Assembly (NCBI GenBank): GCA_903891335.1
Contig: CAITDX010000003.1
Span: 1-35,214 of the forward strand
Reading direction: 5' to 3'
DNA from: an uncultured bacterium
Lineage (GTDB): Bacteria; Patescibacteriota; Microgenomatia; UBA1400; PJMF01
DNA length: 35,214 nucleotides
Shown here: positions 15,390 through 24,094 of the stretch, piece after piece
How the letters are laid out: each line of letters begins with the position of its first letter
Position numbering within the stretch: the first letter of the stretch is position 1
Made by a program: the position numbers and the translations under genes
Notes under the pieces: model-generated
The model's database searches: none
The model's input: only the letters and a program-made list of their open reading frames with translations
Told to the model about the DNA's origin: nothing

Positions 15390-16958
15390 ATGACAAGAGA
15401 AAGAATAGATCATCTTGAAGAGGATGATAAACACTATAAAGTTCCAGAACTTGAACAGCTTAAACCAAGCGATAAATCTATTATTTTAATATCTGCACAA
15501 GGAGCTGGTAGTGGATCAACAACATTGGCTTACGAAATTCAAAGGAAATTCAAAAAAACAACGTCAAAACAAGTTGATCTTATCCTGATTGGAAAAAGGG
15601 TGCGAGACATGGCCGACATGCACAATGAAACAAGTGCTGCCGGTTTTGATAAAGTTCCACCAGTAAAAGATTTTGACTCGCAAATATATGGAGATGCAAA
15701 TCAACATAATGGACCAGTTATTATAGAGGGAAAACACGCAACTTCGGTTGGACCAAACTTCCTGAGTGGTCGTGAAACTGATATTTATCCAATCAACTTA
15801 TATGTAAATGATTTTATTTCTGCAACTCGAGTTCTAAGAAGAGAGGGAGCTCAGCTTGCTGATCTAGTTCTCTATCCAGAAAAAATTATTGCCTATTTAT
15901 CAATGATTCAAGAAAGAAACAGCCACATAAAAAGTCAAGTTCAAGATTTTAGTAGCTTTCATATTGAATCAACTAAACGAAGAAATAAAGTTGACACATC
16001 TGTTTATTCGCCTCAAGAAATAGCAAATATCATGTTTGGCGATAATTCATGGCTCTACAGTGCTCCTGAATGGGAAATAGATGCCCTGGTTAAGGTCATA
16101 ACGCAACTCAAACAATTGCAGCTAGATCCAAGAATTCAACTTGAATTTAAGGATCTCCCTCACTATCAAACAAACATATTAGCTGTTGAATACAATTTGA
16201 CCCAAAGACTTGCTATTACAAAAAATCAAGTTGGTTTGGCAGAAATTCGCAAAGAAATTAAAAATCGATTATTGGAAGCCACTTTCGCTCTATTGATTCA
16301 AAAAATTCCAAGGTTTTTTACAAAACATCAACAAAGAGATGGCGACCATGAGATAACTATTGATGAGTGTTCTAGAAAATGGACGCCTGAGTATTATAAA
16401 CTAGCAAATATTTGGCCAACTTTAAAATCTATGGTAAAAGGCAAAACCATTATTGACCCTTTTGCCGGCAGTGGTGTTCTCATAAATGTTATTCAGAGTC
16501 TGGAATTACCAGAAAGCGTAACTCTTGCTGATTTATCATATCCTGGAGGACATACTTTAAATCATACGGGTCATTTTTATAATCCAAAATTAAACTCAGA
16601 TATGATTAAGGTTATGTTTGATGAATTACCATCATGGTACAAACCAAACTTTGTTGATAGAAACAGTTTATTCACTACTCATGATGCTCAGAAAATGCCT
16701 TTTGAAAACAGACAGTTTGACTTGGTAGTCTCTGATCCTCCATATGGAGACAACTTGAAGGACGGAGGAATAGAATTTTTCATTGAAACATTACCAGAAA
16801 TTCTCCGTGTAACAAAAGAGGGAGCCATTCTTATAATTCCAAAGAAATGGATTCCTATATTGCTTGAGCAAAAAATGCGGTTTGATCTATTGGTTGAAGA
16901 CATGTCTGGGGGAAATTCAAAAAAACCAACTGTAATGATTTTTGCGCCAAAAAACTAA
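15390..16958 (+). CDS. fusion protein: cytidylate-kinase-like P-loop domain (Lys-less Walker A) + central unknown region + DPPY-type SAM-dependent amino-methyltransferase
   Basis: N-terminus: ILISAQGAGSGSTTLAYEI (a GxxxxGK[ST] shape with Ser for Lys), VIIEGKHA and ATRVLRRE resemble CMP/adenylate-kinase-fold proteins. C-terminus: IIDPFAGSGVLI (SAM motif I), then about 90 aa later DLVVSDPPYG (motif IV). The gene is distinctly AT-rich compared with both neighbours. Confidence 0.65.
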   Translation: MTRERIDHLEEDDKHYKVPELEQLKPSDKSIILISAQGAGSGSTTLAYEIQRKFKKTTSKQVDLILIGKRVRDMADMHNETSAAGFDKVPPVKDFDSQIYGDANQHNGPVIIEGKHATSVGPNFLSGRETDIYPINLYVNDFISATRVLRREGAQLADLVLYPEKIIAYLSMIQERNSHIKSQVQDFSSFHIESTKRRNKVDTSVYSPQEIANIMFGDNSWLYSAPEWEIDALVKVITQLKQLQLDPRIQLEFKDLPHYQTNILAVEYNLTQRLAITKNQVGLAEIRKEIKNRLLEATFALLIQKIPRFFTKHQQRDGDHEITIDECSRKWTPEYYKLANIWPTLKSMVKGKTIIDPFAGSGVLINVIQSLELPESVTLADLSYPGGHTLNHTGHFYNPKLNSDMIKVMFDELPSWYKPNFVDRNSLFTTHDAQKMPFENRQFDLVVSDPPYGDNLKDGGIEFFIETLPEILRVTKEGAILIIPKKWIPILLEQKMRFDLLVEDMSGGNSKKPTVMIFAPKN

Positions 16959-16992
16959 TATTATTCGTCTTGTTCTTTAAGATTTTTCCTCA

Positions 16993-18168
16993 ATGAACCT
17001 CAAAATCACTCTCATCGTATCTCTACTCATTCTCAGCACCATTGGCACTATCTGGTGGTTTAGCACTGACAAGGCTCAAAACCCTACGCGCAAGCTTTCT
17101 ATTACCAGAGAAGAACTCACTCCCACCTCCACTCCTCTCCCGCTCCTTAAATACGCTATTCCGCAACTGAAAGCATTACAAAGCCAACCACAACAAGCAC
17201 TTCAAGTCAAAAAAATCATCACCCAAGATCTAGAAAGCAATCTCTATACTTTTCTTATCAGTTACCAGAGTCAAGGAAAAACCATTTCTGGGGCGCTGAC
17301 ACTCAAGCTTGAGTCAGCAAATTCAGCTACCTCCAACCCCATTACTGAGTCAACACTTCCAACGCCCACTGCTCTACCAATCATTATCATGTTGCGTGGC
17401 TATGTCCCGCTTGAAATCTACTCTCCTGGAGTTGGCACCAAAAACGCAGCATCAGCATTTGCAAATCAAGGCTACCTGACTATCGCTCCTGACTTCTTGG
17501 GCTTTGGTGAAAGTGACACAGAACCAACCGACACTTGGGAAGCACGTTTCCTCAAACCACTCAATATTATGGATTTGCTGGCCACTCTTCAAAAATTCCC
17601 CACAATTAACCTGTCTGCTTTCCCTAAACTTCCGGTTACCACCGTCACTCTTGATCCACAAAAAATTGGTATCTGGGCTCACAGTAATGGCGGTCAAATT
17701 GCCGTCACTACTCTAGAAGCTCTTGCAGAACCAATTCCCACTACCTTGTGGGCTCCAGTGCTCGCTCCGTTTCCCTATTCAATTCTGTATTTTAGTGACG
17801 AATACGAAGATGAAGGTAAAGAAATGCGTAAATACCTCAGTCAATTCGAGGAAAACTACGATGTTTTTGACTTTTCCCTCACCAAACACCTGAGTCACCT
17901 CCAGGGACCACTACAAATCCATCATGGTGGTCGAGATGATAGCGCTCTGCTTTCCTGGAGTGAAGAATTTTTAGCCAAAGTTGACTTAGAAAATGAGCGC
18001 CGTAACAACGAAAGCACTAAGAGTGCAACTTTAGCGGCGCAGCTGAAAAAAATTGAAGTAAATTTCTACTCCTATCCCAATGCCGACCACAATCTCCAGC
18101 CTAATTGGGAACAAGCCATTCAGAGAGATCTCGAGTTTTTTGAGAAAAATCTAAGAAATAAAAAATAA
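16993..18168 (+). CDS. membrane-anchored alpha/beta hydrolase (S9 peptidase / dienelactone-hydrolase-like)
   Basis: N-terminal TM helix. Nucleophile elbow GIWAHSNGGQIA (GxSxG-like), acid region HHGGRDD, and catalytic His in PNADHNL. Confidence 0.65.
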   Translation: MNLKITLIVSLLILSTIGTIWWFSTDKAQNPTRKLSITREELTPTSTPLPLLKYAIPQLKALQSQPQQALQVKKIITQDLESNLYTFLISYQSQGKTISGALTLKLESANSATSNPITESTLPTPTALPIIIMLRGYVPLEIYSPGVGTKNAASAFANQGYLTIAPDFLGFGESDTEPTDTWEARFLKPLNIMDLLATLQKFPTINLSAFPKLPVTTVTLDPQKIGIWAHSNGGQIAVTTLEALAEPIPTTLWAPVLAPFPYSILYFSDEYEDEGKEMRKYLSQFEENYDVFDFSLTKHLSHLQGPLQIHHGGRDDSALLSWSEEFLAKVDLENERRNNESTKSATLAAQLKKIEVNFYSYPNADHNLQPNWEQAIQRDLEFFEKNLRNKK

Positions 18169-18172
18169 AACT

Positions 18173-18487
18173 CTATTTCTTATTTCTTATACCGAAAACC
18201 CTTGTTAGGACTAGCGTTAAAACTGAAACCTTACCAACTTTATAAGATTCATCCTCAATTACTTCTGCTTCAATTTCTGGCACTCCTTTTTTCTTTGCAG
18301 CTATGGTCCGATTAGTTCCCTCAACAACATAATCAACCACATCACCTGTTTTGCTTATATCACGAAAAACAACTATAGGCGGAACTGGTTTTTTTGTTTC
18401 CAATAAGGCTTGAATCTTATCCTCTCTTCCTTCCCCAGTAACCAAATCTGCTGGATTAAGTTTTAATTTTTTTTTCTCCTGAGTCAT
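18173..18487 (-). CDS. stand-alone ParB N-terminal (ParB/Srx-fold) domain protein
   Basis: LKLNPADLV...KIQALLETKKPVPPIVVF...DYVVEGTNRTIAAKKKGVPEIEAEVI follows the ParB N-domain pattern (PIvV ... lvdGhHRl.Aa...G...i.a.v). I chose the start at ATG 18487 because TATAAT (18504..18499) lies 11 nt upstream. The track start at 18499 is a TTG inside that -10 box. Confidence 0.6.
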   Translation of the reverse strand: MTQEKKKLKLNPADLVTGEGREDKIQALLETKKPVPPIVVFRDISKTGDVVDYVVEGTNRTIAAKKKGVPEIEAEVIEDESYKVGKVSVLTLVLTRVFGIRNKK

Positions 18488-18580
18488 AAAAAGCTTCAAT
18501 TATACAAATTAAAAAACATAACTTATTGGCTTTTTATATAAAAAACTGAAGAGATATTATATCGTCTATTTCAATAGACT

Positions 18581-19720
18581 CTAATCTTTAAGCAATTTTA
18601 CTTTCTCTCCCTCCTCCAACAGCTCCACCGAGCTCCCCCGGTATTGTTCAATCTTAGCCAAGCGTTTTTCCATTTGTTTCTTGCGGGTGCCAGCCAGCAC
18701 ATCGTAGGTCTTTTGCAAATTTTCGATACTGCGACCAAACTTCATAAAATCTTCATCGAAGCGCATCCACTCACCCGCAAAGGCATCAATTTGCTTGAGC
18801 ACTTCCTTGATTTTCTTCCCTACCATGAAATTACGATAACTTTCCATGACTGTCCGCGCCACGATCAAGAAACTAAATGGCGAACAAATAATCACCTTCT
18901 GACTCAAAGCCTCATCTATGACATCAGGAAATTTCTGATTGATAAAGGAAAACAAGGCCTCATTGGGCACAAACATAATCGCATAATCCAAAGTGTCATT
19001 TTCAGGTGAAATATAGGCAGCAACTTTATCAACTTTAGTTTTGAGGTCGCGCTTAAATTGCTGCATGTGTGTTTGCTTCTCAGACTGCGTCTCCGCCAAA
19101 GACATTTTTTGCACTTCCTGATAGGGAAACTTGACGTCTACTGGCACATTGCGTTTGTCTGGTAATAGCAAAGTAATATCTGGTTTGAGCACCGACTCAC
19201 CGAGCTTGGCTTGGCGTACATAGTGAATACCTTCTTGCAAACCATTGGCTTGCAAAAGATCTTCAATAATGCGCTCACCCCAGGCACCGCGGGTTTGATT
19301 GTTGGAAAGAACTTTGGCGAGCGTTTCGGTTGAAACTTTTAATTCTTTGGTGAAATCCCGATGCTCTTGGACAGCCGTGGCGACTTTACTGATCTTATCA
19401 ATCTGATCTTTTTCAATAGCGCGAATTTCCTTTTGCTGACTACTCATTTCTTCCCGCAAATCCTTAATCATCTTCTCCAGCATCGCTTGTTTATTGGCTA
19501 AATCATTTTTAATAACATCTTTTTCACCAGCAAGAATCTGCTTGCTTTGTTGCGCAAGCGTATTGGCGGTCATCCCAAACACCTTGTGCATCAAGCTTTC
19601 CAGCTTGGCTTCATCATCAATACCGTCAGTTTTTGCTTCCAAAAGCTTGCGAATTGCAATATAAAAAGCCACCAGTGCTCCAAAAAACAGCAAAATTAAA
19701 ATCAAAGTAGTAGTATTCAT
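18581..19720 (-). CDS. rmuC: DNA recombination protein RmuC
   Basis: N-terminal TM, a long coiled-coil region, then the RmuC nuclease-like core (RGAWGERIIEDLL, PDITLLLPDKRNVPVDVKFP, AIMFVPNEALF). Confidence 0.85.
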   Translation of the reverse strand: MNTTTLILILLFFGALVAFYIAIRKLLEAKTDGIDDEAKLESLMHKVFGMTANTLAQQSKQILAGEKDVIKNDLANKQAMLEKMIKDLREEMSSQQKEIRAIEKDQIDKISKVATAVQEHRDFTKELKVSTETLAKVLSNNQTRGAWGERIIEDLLQANGLQEGIHYVRQAKLGESVLKPDITLLLPDKRNVPVDVKFPYQEVQKMSLAETQSEKQTHMQQFKRDLKTKVDKVAAYISPENDTLDYAIMFVPNEALFSFINQKFPDVIDEALSQKVIICSPFSFLIVARTVMESYRNFMVGKKIKEVLKQIDAFAGEWMRFDEDFMKFGRSIENLQKTYDVLAGTRKKQMEKRLAKIEQYRGSSVELLEEGEKVKLLKD

Positions 19721-19728
19721 AGATGACC

Positions 19729-19740
19729 CTAGTATACTAG
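19729..19740. promoter_or_regulatory. palindromic double -10 element (CTAGTATACTAG) in the rmuC / 19754 divergent spacer
   Basis: A perfect 12-nt palindrome. It reads TATACT on the + strand (19733-19738, 15 nt before ATG 19754) and TATACT on the - strand (19736..19731, 10 nt before ATG 19720). Confidence 0.4.
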
Positions 19741-19753
19741 AAGCATAAACGCT

Positions 19754-20272
19754 ATGGCTAGAACCTACGCTCCCTCACGTCTACACAAGCAGCCAGTTGC
19801 TCCTCAAACTACTCCTCAGCCAGCTACTCAGGACATCAAGCAGCGAGTGAGTCAGTCGGCAAAACAACACCAAAAATCCCCGCCTTGGCAGCTTCCTCAA
19901 CCAATCAAGCGCAGATTCGCTGATTACTTGCGCTACAGCATCTGTCTCTTACTCGCTCTACTTGGATACTATGCGACCTATCAACTCATGCTGCGCACGT
20001 ATCCCAGTCAAATCCAACATTTTCTCTGGAACAATAACTATTTACCTTTTACCACTTTAGTTTTTGTGAGCAACTTTTTTTTCTTCACTTTTGTAACACT
20101 CAATCAAAAGTGGGGGTTCTATCTAAGCACTGTAGTCGCGCTTATTCTCTATTGGCGACTCAACCAAATTGAGTTTGATTTACCCGCACTAGTCATCATT
20201 GCGACGACCAGCGCCATCTTATTTTTTTTGATTTTTCAAGATATAATGGTAAAAAATCATGGCAAAAAATAG
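19754..20272 (+). CDS. hypothetical membrane protein
   Basis: 172 aa with a Pro/Gln-rich N-terminus followed by about four hydrophobic helices. It overlaps the metG start by 14 nt. Confidence 0.65.
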   Translation: MARTYAPSRLHKQPVAPQTTPQPATQDIKQRVSQSAKQHQKSPPWQLPQPIKRRFADYLRYSICLLLALLGYYATYQLMLRTYPSQIQHFLWNNNYLPFTTLVFVSNFFFFTFVTLNQKWGFYLSTVVALILYWRLNQIEFDLPALVIIATTSAILFFLIFQDIMVKNHGKK

Positions 20273-21677
20273 TTTTTATCTCACCACTACTTTACCGTAT
20301 GTCAATGCTGCTCCTCACATTGGCTTTGCGCTTGAAATTGTTGAGGCGGATGTTATTGCTCGCTATCATCGTGATCTGCTTGGAGAAGAAGTGATTTTCA
20401 ATACCGGCACCGATGAGCATGGTCAGAAAATCTACGAGAAAGCCCTCGAACAAGGTGTTGATCCTAAAAGTTACTGCGATGAGTGGGCCGCTAAATTCGC
20501 TGATCTGCAGCAGCTACTCAACCTGAGTTTCAATCATTTTATTCGCACTACTGATGAGCACCACATTGCCGCTGCCCAAGAATTCTGGCGCCGTTGTCAG
20601 GCTAATGGTGACATTTACAAAGCCAACTACAAAGTCAAATATTGCGTTGGTTGCGAACTCGCCAAACAAGACAGTGAACTGATTGATGGTCGCTGTCCAC
20701 TTCACCCTAAGCAAGAACTTGAGCTACGGGAAGAAGAAAACTATTTCTTCCGGTTCAGTCGCTATCAAGAACAACTCCTCTCCTTATATGCGCAAGACGA
20801 ATTCGTCAAACCTAAGGAGCGTCTCAACGAAATCACTGCCTTCGTCAAACAAGGCCTGAGTGACTTCAGCATTTCACGTTTACGCGACAAAATGCCTTGG
20901 GGCATCCCGGTACCAGGAGACGATGAGCACGTCATGTACGTCTGGTTTGATGCACTCGTCAACTATATTTCTACCCTCAGTTGGCCACAGAATGAAACTA
21001 AATTTACTGAGTTTTGGCCCGGTATTCAGCTGGCTGGCAAAGACAATCTGCGTCAGCAAGCTGCGATGTGGCAAGCCATGCTCCTTTCTGCACAACTCCC
21101 ACCCTCTCGAAAAATCCTCATCAATGGCTTCATCGGGGTTGATGGTCAGAAGATGAGCAAGTCACTCGGTAATGTCATTAGTCCCACCGACTTAGTCAAA
21201 CGCTATGGGCTCGATGCCAGTCGTTTCCTCCTCATTAACCTAGGTACTTTTGGCGAAGATATGGATGTGACTTTTGACAAACTTGATCTCAATTACAACG
21301 CCCAACTTGCCAATGGCCTGGGCAATCTCTGTTCTCGCGTCGCTAAGATGGCAGAACAAGCCGGCGTAAGTATTGAAAGCTCTGTCAATGAGCTGCCCAC
21401 TGAATACACAAGCCTAATGAATGCGTTTGATCTCAAACCTGCACTTGATTGCATCTCAGTCAAAATCAGTGAAACAGATAAATTTCTGGCTAGCACTACG
21501 CCTTGGAAAAAAACGGGTGAAGAAAAAACAGCTATTTTAACTGAAGCAATTGCGCAAATTCAGCAGATTGCTCATATGCTCATCCCTTTCATGCCTAGCA
21601 CTGCCGCTACCATTAAGCAGCATTTCCAGGGTCAAATACAAAGCTTCACCACTGGTTTATTCGCTCGCATCGCATAG
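20259..21677 (+). CDS. metG: methionyl-tRNA synthetase (short form, no C-terminal tRNA-binding appendix)
   Basis: TTLPYVNAAPHIGF (HIGH region), Zn knuckle CVGCE...CPLH, KMSKSLGN. 472 aa. Confidence 0.9.
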   Translation: MAKNSFYLTTTLPYVNAAPHIGFALEIVEADVIARYHRDLLGEEVIFNTGTDEHGQKIYEKALEQGVDPKSYCDEWAAKFADLQQLLNLSFNHFIRTTDEHHIAAAQEFWRRCQANGDIYKANYKVKYCVGCELAKQDSELIDGRCPLHPKQELELREEENYFFRFSRYQEQLLSLYAQDEFVKPKERLNEITAFVKQGLSDFSISRLRDKMPWGIPVPGDDEHVMYVWFDALVNYISTLSWPQNETKFTEFWPGIQLAGKDNLRQQAAMWQAMLLSAQLPPSRKILINGFIGVDGQKMSKSLGNVISPTDLVKRYGLDASRFLLINLGTFGEDMDVTFDKLDLNYNAQLANGLGNLCSRVAKMAEQAGVSIESSVNELPTEYTSLMNAFDLKPALDCISVKISETDKFLASTTPWKKTGEEKTAILTEAIAQIQQIAHMLIPFMPSTAATIKQHFQGQIQSFTTGLFARIA

Positions 21678-21686
21678 TGCTCTTTT

Positions 21687-22502
21687 ATGCAGATTTTCGA
21701 CACCCACTGCCACTACAATCTGTCGCCACTTTTGGAAAACTGGCAACAGCATCAACAAACAGCCACTTCAGCTGGTGTCAAAAAAAGTCTGATTGTCGGG
21801 ACTAATTTAGCGAGTAGTCGTCAAGCGCTTGAGATTGTAGCCGATAACAATAGTTCACTGTATGCCGCCATCGGCATTCACCCCACCGAAGCCATGGCGA
21901 TTGAGGATTTCGATCAAACTCTCCAAGAATTAACTGCTTTGACGGAAGTAGCGCAAGTCAAGGCCATTGGCGAAATCGGTCTTGATTTCTATCGACTAGC
22001 AACCAGCCTAGATCCAATCACAGAAATTCAAAAGCAAGAACAACTATTTATCAGACAACTCGAACTTGCCACCCGTTTGCAACTACCAATCGTCTTGCAC
22101 GTGCGCGATCAAGCGGAGACGGCCTATCTACGCGCACTAGAACTCTATCACCGCTACGCCTCCAATCATCAACAAGCGGTGATTTTTCACTGTGTTTCTG
22201 GTCCAACTACATATCTTGAGAAGGCTCTTGCGTTACCCAATAGCTACTTTGGGTTTGATGGCAACCTCACTTTTAAAAATGCGAGCAATATCAGAGAAAT
22301 TTTTACCCTAGTTCAAAAACGCCATCCTGAAAAAATCCTCTTAGAAACGGATGCACCCTATCTAGCTCCCGAACCACATCGGGGCAAAGTGTGCGAGCCA
22401 GCCATGATCGCGCTCACTGCTGCATTTGCTGCAGCAAACTTAGGAGCAGATCTGGAGCAAATCTATCATAATTCACTACAAGTCTTTGACTTGCTCTCAT
22501 AA
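21687..22502 (+). CDS. TatD-family metal-dependent hydrolase/DNase
   Basis: MQIFDTHCHYN, GEIGLDFY, VLHVRD, FHCVSG and ETDAPYL are TatD family motifs in order. It follows metG, which is a common arrangement. Confidence 0.85.
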   Translation: MQIFDTHCHYNLSPLLENWQQHQQTATSAGVKKSLIVGTNLASSRQALEIVADNNSSLYAAIGIHPTEAMAIEDFDQTLQELTALTEVAQVKAIGEIGLDFYRLATSLDPITEIQKQEQLFIRQLELATRLQLPIVLHVRDQAETAYLRALELYHRYASNHQQAVIFHCVSGPTTYLEKALALPNSYFGFDGNLTFKNASNIREIFTLVQKRHPEKILLETDAPYLAPEPHRGKVCEPAMIALTAAFAAANLGADLEQIYHNSLQVFDLLS

Positions 22503-22537
22503 AAACCTTTCAAGCTCATCTAAAAAAAGAACCAGTT

Positions 22538-22566
22538 TTGTGCAAAGACAGCCAATATACTATAAT
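22538..22566 (+). promoter_or_regulatory. canonical sigma70 promoter at the head of the glycan locus
   Basis: TTGTGC (22538-22543), 17-nt spacer, TATAAT (22561-22566). ATG 22567 abuts the -10 box and GTG 22573 lies 6 nt after it. Confidence 0.5.
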
Positions 22567-24069
22567 ATGCCAGTGGTAAAACGTTACTTTCAGCGTCATC
22601 CCGTGCGCACTCGTCGCGCGCTTGAAATCCTACCAGGATTAATTTCTTGGTTTTTGATTTTATTTCCAGTCTGGGGCTCCCTTCTCATTCCTCAAGTAGT
22701 CGCCTACTAGGTCATCATCTTCGCTGTTTACTGGCTCTACCGCTCACTGGTTTTGACTTTTTTTGCCACCATTTCTCACTTCAAGATCAGAGCTTTTAGC
22801 AAGTATGATCATTTGCCTGAATTGCGCCAAAAATTTGCCAATAAATGGGATCAAATTCACCACATCATCGTCATTCCCACCTATCAAGAGCCAGTTACCA
22901 CGCTTGAACGCACTCTCACTGGCCTCAGCAAACAAACCTTTCCTCTCAAGAACCTCCACATCATGCTGTCTTTCGAAGAGCGCGAGGGTAAAGGCGTTGA
23001 TGAGAAAGTCAAAGTTCTACAAGCTAAATTTGGCAAAACCTTCGGTCATCTTTGGACCAGTAAACACCCTGATATTGTCGGTGAAATCAAAGGCAAATCC
23101 TCCAATACCTGCTACGGGGCACGCATGGCTAAAGCCAAGCTAATTGATCAAGTTGGCATTCCGATTGAAAACGTCACCATCACCAGTGAAGATGCTGATG
23201 CCATCTTTCATCCCCACTATTTTTCTTATCTCACTCATTCATTTCTAACTACCGAGAAACCATACAATCGCAGCTGGCAAGGTGGGATTAGTTTCTACAA
23301 CAATATCTGGCATGTGCCCGCACCCATTCGCGTTCTCGCTGCGATTCAATCAGTCATGCAAATCTACATTCTTTCTCGCCGTGATCGTCTGATCAATTTT
23401 TCGACCTATTCCACCTCACTCAAGCACATTGATGAAATTGGGTATTGGGATACTGATGTGATTCCTGAGGATTACCGACTCTTTTTCAAATCGTACTTCG
23501 CCAAAAAAGGTGATTTCGAAGTCGAGCCCATCTATCTTCCTGTTTATGCGGACGCCGTCCAATCCAATGGTTTCTGGAGGAGCATGCATAATCAATATGA
23601 ACAAATCAAACGGTGGGCTTGGGGAGTCAGCGATGATGCCTACATCATCCGTCAATATGTACTCACCGAGGGCATTCCTTTTTGGGACAAAACTATTCGT
23701 GTATTTAAGGTTATCGAGGATCATTTCCTCTGGCCAGTCAATTGGTTTGCGGTGACTGTTTCAGCGATGTTGCCCCCGCTGCTGAATGACGAATTTAATC
23801 GCACCATCATTGGTAAAACCTTACCCCAGGTTACATCCACTTTATTAACTCTGTCACTGATCTCTATGTTCACTATTTTCATCATTGATAGCAGCAATAG
23901 ACCTGCCCATCACAACAAACGCGGTTTCTTTTCCTACCTTATGCAACCGCTTGAATTCATTCTCCTGCCTGTTGTTGGATTTTTCTTCTCTGCATTGCCA
24001 GGAATTGATGCGCATACTCGCCTGATGCTTGGAAAATATCTAGAGTACAAGGTAACTGAAAAAGTCTAG
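22567..24069 (+). pseudogene. membrane family-2 glycosyltransferase (QxxRW, processive type) interrupted by a single in-frame TAG at 22708..22710
   Basis: Track ORFs 22486..22710 and 22753..24069 are in the same frame. Reading through gives ...LLIPQVVAY*VIIFAVYWLYRSLVLTFFATISHF..., which is a continuous TM hairpin. The downstream part carries HHIIVIPTYQEP, TSEDADA and QIKRWAWG plus C-terminal TM helices. Confidence 0.6.
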
Positions 24070-24094
24070 GTGTTCCCCCCTTCAATTAATCGAC

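Noticed and set aside
15270-15434. 55-codon N-terminal extension of the aspS ORF (MFIILFKMIYSFSCHYDSDF...).
   Set aside because: The extension is Phe/Cys/Tyr-rich translation of AT-rich promoter DNA. It overlaps the start of the divergent gene at 15390 and contains the TTGCAA-17-TATAAT promoter. A conserved AspRS N-terminus begins at Met56 (ATG 15269).
24075-24080. C6 tract between the GT2 and GT-C genes, as a possible phase-variation switch.
   Set aside because: Six residues is below the length at which slipped-strand phase variation is usually seen. The tract lies upstream of the -35 element, not within a spacer or a coding frame.
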